64,000 bases of DNA from Eledone cirrhosa (taxonomy: Eukaryota): contig OZ024743.1 of NCBI GenBank assembly GCA_964016885.1, positions 29,760,001 through 29,824,000 on the forward strand. The letters run 5' to 3'. A model generated the notes under the pieces. The model was not told the DNA's origin and did no database searches. It saw nothing but the letters and a program-made list of their open reading frames with translations. How positions within the stretch are numbered: the stretch's first letter is position 1; every line of letters starts with the position of its first letter. This document shows, one piece after another, positions 55,882-64,000 of the stretch. The position numbers were made by a program, and so were the translations under genes.

Positions 55882-56426
55882 TATAATAATAAAAATTATA
55901 TATATATACATTCTTTCTAATATATATGACATCATTTTCATGTTGTTAAGGAAACAAATGTGTGTACAGTGCAGTGCCTCACATCCATGCGCATTGGTGA
56001 ATTATCGTGTGCATGCTGCACATGCCATTTGCTGTTTGGGAGCCAGCGTTTTAGCTGGTGTACGGCGTAGCCGTTGCGGTTGATTTTGTCTGACACTGCT
56101 TTGTAGGAAGGTCTGGTGATAAGGCCCCTTGTTCTTACCCCGTGTTCTTGCCAGCAAGCACTTTTAATTAAATTTGGTAGGCAAAATATTACGTGGATCG
56201 AGACCAAAATATTCTTATCCCGGTGAAAATGTTCTGATCGTTATCCCCCTGTTCGTTCTATGTCCATATGATATGCTCCAAAGCTAATTTTCACACCTCC
56301 CACACTGTTGTGCAACAGCTTCATAGGAAGCAGTATTGATATTTCACGTTGACCTCAGTAACTATGTCACCAAATCGATTTAAATCCCCCCCTCTCTCTC
56401 TCACTCTCTCTCTCTCTCTTTCCCTC

Positions 56427-56473
<47 letters not shown>

Positions 56474-56477
<4 letters not shown>

Positions 56478-56794
56478 AGGAATTCCAACTTTGTCTGATT
56501 TACTCGTTTTATTTACAATCCTTTGAAATTTATAATGGTATTATAATGAAATAGTATGATAGAATATTAAATGTTAAGTGTTAATTGAACAAGTATTTTC
56601 ATGCTTTCGCAATCTTCAGGTTCAAAATGTGTGGTGACAGTCAAGTTTGCAATTTTCAATTAACATTTAATATTCTATCTTACTATTTCATTATAATACC
56701 ATTATAAATGTTAAAGATTGTAAATAAAACGAGTAAATCAGACAAATTCCTCTTATTAATATAATCTTCTATACACAATCATACACACCCGTGT
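56474..56794. mobile_element. Solo inverted+direct pLTR of the Neptune-type PLE family at 15.4-20 kb
   Basis: 56476-56660 is the reverse complement of about 19770-19955, and 56661-56794 matches 19851-19992. Hammerhead on the minus strand at 56585-56625 (TTGAAC-CTGAAGA-TTGCGAAAGCAT-GAAA-ATAC-TT-GTTCAA). Confidence 0.85.
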
Positions 56795-56795
56795 A

Positions 56796-56885
<90 letters not shown>
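56795..56885. repeat. (TATC)n microsatellite
   Basis: Directly visible. Confidence 0.95.
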
Positions 56886-56886
<1 letters not shown>

Positions 56887-56900
56887 TATATAATATATCT

Positions 56901-59900
56901 GTCGTCTGTTCGATAGTGAAGACGTAATTCACTTTGCGCAGAAGTTTTGTTCCAATTTATTGCGGAAATTTTGTAAGTTTAATTTTAATTTTGATACTAT
57001 TGTGTAGCTTGACCCCCCGTCTGAACTGTCAGGCGGTGGATCAGCTCATTTTCGCCCCTCCCATGGGTGAAAAACCTGGTTTTAAACAATTTTGTTGCAT
57101 AGAATTTCAATCGTCTGGGAGAAATGTTAAATGAAGCTAACGAAAATAGTGGTGGGGGGACAGCGGTAAGAGTTGTAAGCTCGCACGCTTTAGTCCCTCC
57201 CTTCCTTCCCAACTAACGTCATAGAGAAGGAAAGAAAAAATAAAAGAAAAACAGATGAATGTGCGAAGAAAAATGTCGACGAAAACACAAATCTGAAGAT
57301 TGATTCCAACAACAACAAACATTTGAAAGAATTGCATGGCAATATTAATACCACAAACAAAGAAACAAACACAAAAATAACATTTGAAAACAACAACATC
57401 ATAACAGGAAGAAAAACAGACGACAAAGTCAACACCAATAACATCTCATTTGCACAAACAACAAAAAAATATTTAACGTACATACCTGAAAATATTTCAG
57501 ATGTGGCACAAAGAATAAAAAACGCCAAACAATTCATAACTCAAGGGAAAAATGGAGCCTTGTCGGTAAAAATGCCCCAAGAACTCACCAAAGATATTGA
57601 AAGTCGCACGGTCGTTTTCCGCACCATCAACAACATCTCAAAAAAGCAACAACAACCAACACAAGTAGAAATTAAAGCGGTACTTAGAGAAGTATTTAAT
57701 GAAGCCACTTTCATAAGAAGAGACAGGCTGTATGGAAGCCTAGCCATTATTATGAAGAACGAATCGGCGGCGAAAAAATATGCTTTGTCGCCGATTCGTT
57801 CGACAAATTTTAACTTTTATCCATCTTATATGGGTAAAAGAACTCAGCGCATATGGCTGGATGCGATGATGCCAGATATGGACTACTGCTGGCTCATAGC
57901 TGGCTTCATCTATCCAGCGAATGACAACGTGATTTCCATTGAGAAAACCACAGGCAATGCGTTCAGTGGAACAGGTTTAGAACTTGTAGTGCAAATGAAG
58001 CCTGAACGCATCGCCCAAATACCCGACAGAATGCTATTAGAGGGCCACGGGTATATAAACATTAGCGTGGAGGGGAGAAGGCCGTCCTGCCATATCTGTG
58101 CAGGCAGAGGGCACCTGAAGGCCGCTTGTCCCCAACTCAACAAAAAGAAAACCCTGCTACCAACACCAGCTCCACCACCACCACCACAACAGATAAACAA
58201 ACAACAAAACTCAGTCCCACCCATCCCGTCCCTCAGTAAAACCACACCACCACCACAACACAAACAGTCACAACACATTACCCCAAAACAAAATACAGGC
58301 CCACCCAACCTCTCACTCAATAAAACAACACAACCACCGCAGACACAACACACAACACAGTCTAACATAGTGACATCCATCTCCCCCACAAAGAAAACCA
58401 ACACGGAAACACTACCAGCAAACATACCTCTTCCCCCCAACACTGAAGATAACCCAACGAATTCGGAGGAAGAAACGGAGTCCTTCAGACAGATTAAAAG
58501 AAGAAAAAGAAAACATGTGCAAAACACACAAGGCCAAACAGCCCCTACCCAAATGTCAACACAATCCAACAAAACACAAAACACCCCTCCAGCAATAAAC
58601 AAAACAAAACCTGCCCCCCCCCTCTTCGAAACACTCACACCATCCGAAAAAAAGACATTACACTATACTTAAATCAACAGAAACAATAATAAATTGAATG
58701 AACTCATAAACAATAACCCTTCGGTACAAACCGAAGGGGTAAACTTTGTTTTTTCAGAAAACAACCCACAATTAAAATTAATAAAGGTCCCAATGAACCT
58801 CTACCAAAAACTAAAAAAGGATTTTAAGGAGGACGTAGGACCACCCTCTGTCAAACCCATAAACCGCGTCCTCCTATAAAGCTTTCCCCTCCCCTTCCCC
58901 TCCCCAACACAACTCCAAACACCCCAACGCCACCACACACTGACGACCCCACACCACCACAAGACACCCCTTCACCCAACACCCCCGACCCCATGGAAGT
59001 CGTGAGACCCGAACCCCGGGAAGCAGAAAGGTGGGTCTCTACACCCTCCTTTGGCTTTGCCGCCCACATGGATGTGTTAAGAGTAGGATGTGTGAATGCA
59101 CGTGGCCTGGGCTCAACTTGGAAGCAAGCAAAGCTTCTAAATGACCTCAGGTCACGTGGTATAAATGTAATGGTTATCTGTGAGACTCGGATCAGCATCG
59201 TGCGGCAGCTGGCCCCTACGTTCGATGACTTTGAGGTGCACGCATTTCTCTGTCAACCTGTAGGTGGGGGTGGGGTTGTCGTACTGCTGGAAAAACACCT
59301 GGGTCTAGCCGTACAGGTTGTTCACTCGGACCCGGAAGGTCGTTTGTTGGTGTTAGACGTTGGCAGTAGTGGACGTGCGGCCTTGAGACTGGTCGCCGTC
59401 TACTCCCCTTTCGGAGCTGAACGACCCGACTTCTTCCAGCGTCTGGAGACTTTTCTGGAAACGTCGCGTTCCCTGCTTCTAGCGGGGGACTGGAATGACA
59501 TCCTAGATGCACGTTGGGACTATGCACGAGCATGTCCTAATAGAGGGGGGTTTAACAGCCTCAAGGGGTTACTCGACCGTTTTAACTTGGTCGATAGATA
59601 TCGACTAGATTTTCCAACTGTGCCAACCTGGACTTGGACGAACCACAGTGGTCAATCTAGGTCGTACTTAGATAGATTATTAGTTAGAAGTAAGGATAAG
59701 GACATATTAAGCTGTCCAGAAATGCTCACGGCTGGCTATACAGATCACAAATTAGTGACCTGCGTAGTCAACCTCGAGAGAACACATCGACATGGTCCCG
59801 GTTACTGGAAACTTAATTTGTCTTTACCGGCAAAAGAGGCTTACAGAGACCGGATTAGCAGATTAGTTAAGGAGAGGTTGACGGGTGCAATCGTCAACAA

Positions 59901-62103
59901 CCGATGGTGGGCTCTCTCAAAAGAGAGATTAGAACAGAATCAATAAGTTATAGCAAGATGTTAGCTGCCGATAGGAATAGGAATGAGAAAGAATTAACAG
60001 GTAAATTAGAAGAGGCAATCAAGAGCGAAGAGTGGCCAGAGTGCTGGCATCGAGGACGGCCTTGAGCCAGTTTTTCGATGCAAAGCACGAAGGCTGCGTC
60101 ATTCGAAGTAAAATACGTGCTCTAGGTAATGAGAGGGCCAAAGCCGTTGGCTGGGCCCGCGTGACAGAAGCTAAGAGTGGAAATCGATCCACCATCCAGT
60201 CTTTGCAAGACGAGGATGGACGGGTGATCCGGGAGCCTAAGCAGATGTGCGAGGCCTTTCAAAGGCACTTTGCCCGATTGTTCGGAGGAGGCAAGGGTCC
60301 GGGCGGGGACGTGGATTTCAGTCCATACCTCGACGGCCTGCCGCGTCTCTCGAGCGAAGAGGCAGAGTCCTGCGAGGGACCAATCTCGGCTGATGAGATC
60401 GGGGATGCGCTGAGCCAATGCAGCAGACGCAAATTTCCAGGTCTCAATGGTATACCTTACGAACTTTATTTAGCAATGCCGGTCTTCTTCCCCGAACTCC
60501 TCGAAACAGTCTACTGCAATTGGCAGCAGAACGGGATAATTCCTTGTTCTGTAGCCAAGGGCGTAGTCTCGCTGGTGAGGAAGGACGAGAACAAGGGGGA
60601 TAGTATAAATAATTTTCGGCCCATAACCCTGCTAATCACAGAGTTAAAGATTTTGGCCAATGTGTTAGCAAAGAGGTTGGCGCTTGTCGTGGGTAGCCTG
60701 GTGAAGTTGCTTGGGGTCTGGTTTGGACCGGACCTGCAGGTGGAAAAGAACTGGGGCGAGGTTACGAGCAAGATGTTTGCACTGACCCAGAAATGGGCCA
60801 AGTGTAAGCTGTCCCTGAAAGGTCGGGCGGAGGTGGCGGATATTTACATAGCGTCCGTCACCTACTACCGCCTGACTGTCGTGCCTTGCCCTAAGGACAC
60901 ACTCACCACAATGGAACGCATACTCTTTCAATTTCTTTGGAAGAAGCGCCCTCCTATGGTGAGAAGATCCCTCTGCTGCCAACAACCTTCGAAAGGAGGG
61001 CTGGGGATGCCGTGGTTGATGATGCCTAGGCACGCATTAAGGCTACGGCACCTACAGGTATTCCTCACTGGTCAACCGGTGTGGGCTCCATTCGTGAGAC
61101 GAACCTTTCCGAGACTCGTCTCGCTCACCGACCTGCAGTCCTGGGTCAAGCAAAGATACGGAAAACTGGGCGACTGGCACACTGAGTGTGCCCAGGCGCT
61201 CAGGGCTCTCTGGCAAGCGGACCCGGCCATCGGTGGAGAATCCACCTCGTCATTCTATAGAGTGCTGGTGGCTACAGGGGCGATGACACCCTTGCAGAGT
61301 CGCTGGACATGGAAGAGGACGAACTGGCCTGCCTGTTCGGTAGGAATTTCGGCCCGGGACCAATGGAGAACTTCCAGAAGTCACTGGCCTGGTAGTGCTA
61401 CCGGGGCGCTCTACCCGTTCGAGTAAAGCTCTACAGACACGGGCGCCCGGGCAGGGATACCTCGAAAAAGATTTGCCCTAGATGCGTGCGTCACGAAGAA
61501 ACCGTTGCGCACGCATTGGTGCACTGTCCGGGCGTGGCTGATCTGTGGGGCTACGCCGAAGGACTGCTGTCGCGGATGGCGCCGATTCGATTGACCGCCG
61601 AGTCCGTGATTACAATCAAGCCGCCTCCCTTCTTCACAAAGGAAGCAAAGGCGGTTTTTCTGTGCGTAATAGCCATGTTGAAAGAGGTTGTTTGGTGGAC
61701 ACGTTTGAAAGGTCTGAGGTCAGGCAACTTCCTCTCTGGCATAGTCTGGTATACTTCTCCCGATATCACTTCGGAAGATGGATAAGAACGGAGAGAGAGG
61801 TGCTTGGCCAAAGGCAGTTTTATGAAAGGTGGGTGATAGTGGCGAGAATGGCTCGTGTAAATGGGCCTTCTCTGTATACCATCCTGTGGGTAAAGAAGTG
61901 AAGGAGAGGGGAGCACCTTCTCCAAGTGCTCCCCGGGCAAAGGATTGCACACTTTTTCGGAGGTATGTGCAACCCCCATCACGTCCCCTCCCTTTTGAGG
62001 TTGTTTTTGATTATTTTCATTTTATACCCTTTTTACTCGGTCTTATGTAAACTCCCCCTTTGTATTTGTCCCTTCTTTTTATGCCTTTATGGTAAATAAA
62101 GAA
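56901..62103 (+). mobile_element. Tx1/L1-clade LINE family T2, full-length ends, RT core deleted
   Basis: ORF1 57323-58879 with CHICAGRGHLKAAC. ORF2 from about 59068 has APE (CVNARGL, ICET, GDWN, SYLDR, YTDH), FRPITLL and C-terminal CPRC. Ends AATAAAGAAA. Possible TSD AATATATCT at 56892-56900 and 62103-62111. Confidence 0.9.
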
Positions 62104-62136
62104 ATATATCTATCTATATATATATATATACATATA

Positions 62137-62292
62137 TAGTTTTAATATAGATGAGATTCTACAGGACTAGAACTGTTTCGAATGAAACAGTTCTAGTCCT
62201 GTAGAATCTCATCTATATTAAAACTATTATACTCTGCTATGTATTGAGTACCTTACTTACTGTGGTTACCTCCGATTCAACCCGGAATAACG

Positions 62293-62295
<3 letters not shown>
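62137..62295. mobile_element. Fold-back copy of the 5582-5733 pLTR-like family
   Basis: 62138-62179 and 62184-62226 are inverted copies of the hammerhead 3' half. 62229-62294 is the reverse complement of about 5586-5651. Confidence 0.8.
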
Positions 62296-62366
<71 letters not shown>

Positions 62367-62736
62367 AGTAAAAAGAAATTCAAACACACATATATGAAAA
62401 TACAGCCACCCCCCCCCCCCTCCTTGTTTGAAGAACTTTGTAACGCGAACCGGCGCAACATTTATTATACTTATTGACCAACCAATCAAATTACTTCTCT
62501 AAAAACCTGCCGTTCGAGCCACTTTTTTCCATATAAAATAAGTAACATTCAAAGCCAACCAGATGTGAGAAAAACCACAGACCATCCATCTCAATTCTAC
62601 TTTTGAAAACCAGAAGAACTGCGAAACCGGTAAAGGAACCTCATAAATATATATATTTAAAAAAAAATAAGACTCCAGTTGCATTTTCGATTTCATCTTT
62701 TTTTCTATATATATATATGTGTGGGTATATATATAT

Positions 62737-63056
62737 GTAAGAATATTTTCGAAACAGCGAGTGGGTTTGAAATTGTTAGAAATGTAAGCTATCGTCTTAT
62801 TTGGACTAAAGAAATTAAAGAAATTATTTAGCCTGATAGTGGGGTTAAGAACCCTCGGAGAAATGGAAAAAGATGAATATTGACGTACATTGGTTGGTGT
62901 AAATGGTATCACAGTGGTCCGGATAACCAAAGATGTGGGTTCGACTCACATGTACGTCAATATTCATCTTTTCCATTTCTCCGAGGTTTCTTAACCCCAC
63001 TATCAGGCTAAATAATTTCTTTAATTTCTTTAGTCCAAATAAGGCGATAGCTTACA
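62737..63056. mobile_element. Fold-back element: about 108-bp inverted arms around a tRNA-like core
   Basis: Arms at 62784-62891 and 62950-63056. Core TGGTGTAAATGG (A box)...TGGT-CCGGATA-ACCA...GGTTCGACTC (B box). (TA)n on both sides. Confidence 0.75.
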
Positions 63057-63429
63057 GATATATATATATATATATATATATATTATGAGAGAACAAGAGA
63101 AAGAGAGAGAGAGGCGGGGCGGGGGGAGAAATAGATAGACACAAAAAGCCGGAGAGAGAGTTATAGAGACATTCAGTATTGAAATATAGATACTTTCTCC
63201 CTAACGTTGTCAATAATTGATGATTTTTAGAGAGGCAATGTGGAAGGAATGGATAGCAATTATATTGATGGAACTGAAAACAAAAACTTTAATATTCTCC
63301 AACGGAACCTATTATAATTTAATTGTGATCTAAAAATGTAGGATTATCATAGTTAATATATACTTGTGAACGAAACCCAGCTCATATAAACACAATATAT
63401 ATTATAAATCTGATTTTAGAAAATGTTAC

Positions 63430-63690
63430 TTGAATACGATATACAGGTGCTCGAAATTATTCAGTGAGCGGAAATGCCTGTTCGGGAAATTAAATTGTAC
63501 GTCACCTAGCATTCTATACACAACCACACTCTCAAAGTAGTTATCAAGGAGATTCAGCCTGATACACTGCATGACAAGATTGATCCCTTGTATTACGGGT
63601 AAACTCATTATTTGCAAGGCGCATGTAGCAACGAGAAATAAAGTGTCTTCCTTGATGATACAACGCACCACCCAGTCCGAGAATGGAACT
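63430..63690 (-). mobile_element. Degenerate CORE-like SINE
   Basis: Minus strand GCGTTGTATCATCAAGGAAGACACTTTATTTCTCGTTGCT matches 811-850. Confidence 0.55.
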
Positions 63691-63892
63691 TATGTCTATA
63701 CATTTGTGTACCTATCATCCTAACATATAAGTCATTTGTCTAAAGACAGACACGCACATGTATTGTATCAAAACGTTCATTTATCATTTCATATCTGTTT
63801 ATCCGTCTGTCTGTCTATCTGTATATTTTATCTGTATATCGACCTACACATGGACGTCTACGTCTCACACACTTTCTGTATCTATCTCCATC

Positions 63893-63969
<77 letters not shown>

Positions 63970-64000
63970 ATATATATATATATAAAGTTTAAACAAATCA

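Noticed and set aside
55938-56207. 89-aa minus-strand ORF as a host gene
   Set aside because: Non-ATG start, no recognisable motif and no supporting splice pattern.
31561-61982. Numerous ORFs antisense to the LINE ORFs
   Set aside because: Shadow frames of GC-richer retrotransposon coding sequence with no independent motifs.
62892-62951. Functional tRNA gene
   Set aside because: No acceptor stem and a mismatched T stem; treated as a tRNA-derived head only.

Overview
AT-rich, repeat-dominated animal DNA. It is probably a cephalopod (Octopus-like); this is inferred from the SINE and RTE sequences, not proven. I recognise no ordinary host gene, rRNA, functional tRNA or CRISPR array, and most short ORFs in the track are microsatellite or antisense artefacts. 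The window has four main parts. (1) 1-30 kb and 56-64 kb: SINEs, long (TA)n tracts and Penelope-like elements (PLEs). These include a decayed Neptune-type RT/GIY-YIG copy, a Hydra-type fragment and several non-coding tandem or fold-back pseudo-LTR (pLTR) units, many carrying minimal hammerhead ribozyme motifs. (2) About 23-27.6 kb: a compact gene module that the ORF track shows only as fragments. It holds a five-exon NADAR (YbiA-like) + SGNH-hydrolase fusion gene with tiny introns, and two small minus-strand ORF cassettes that share upstream and downstream motifs. This is the most unusual feature. (3) 30.3-55.9 kb: a train of 12 non-LTR retrotransposon pieces, mostly separated by (AAT)n. Two R4/Dong-like restriction-like-endonuclease (RLE) families are always on +, and one Tx1-like apurinic-endonuclease (APE) family is always on -. 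(4) 56.9-62.1 kb: a related Tx1-like family in a (TATC)n/(TA)n context, with its RT core deleted in frame. All calls were made by eye from motifs; no searches were run.
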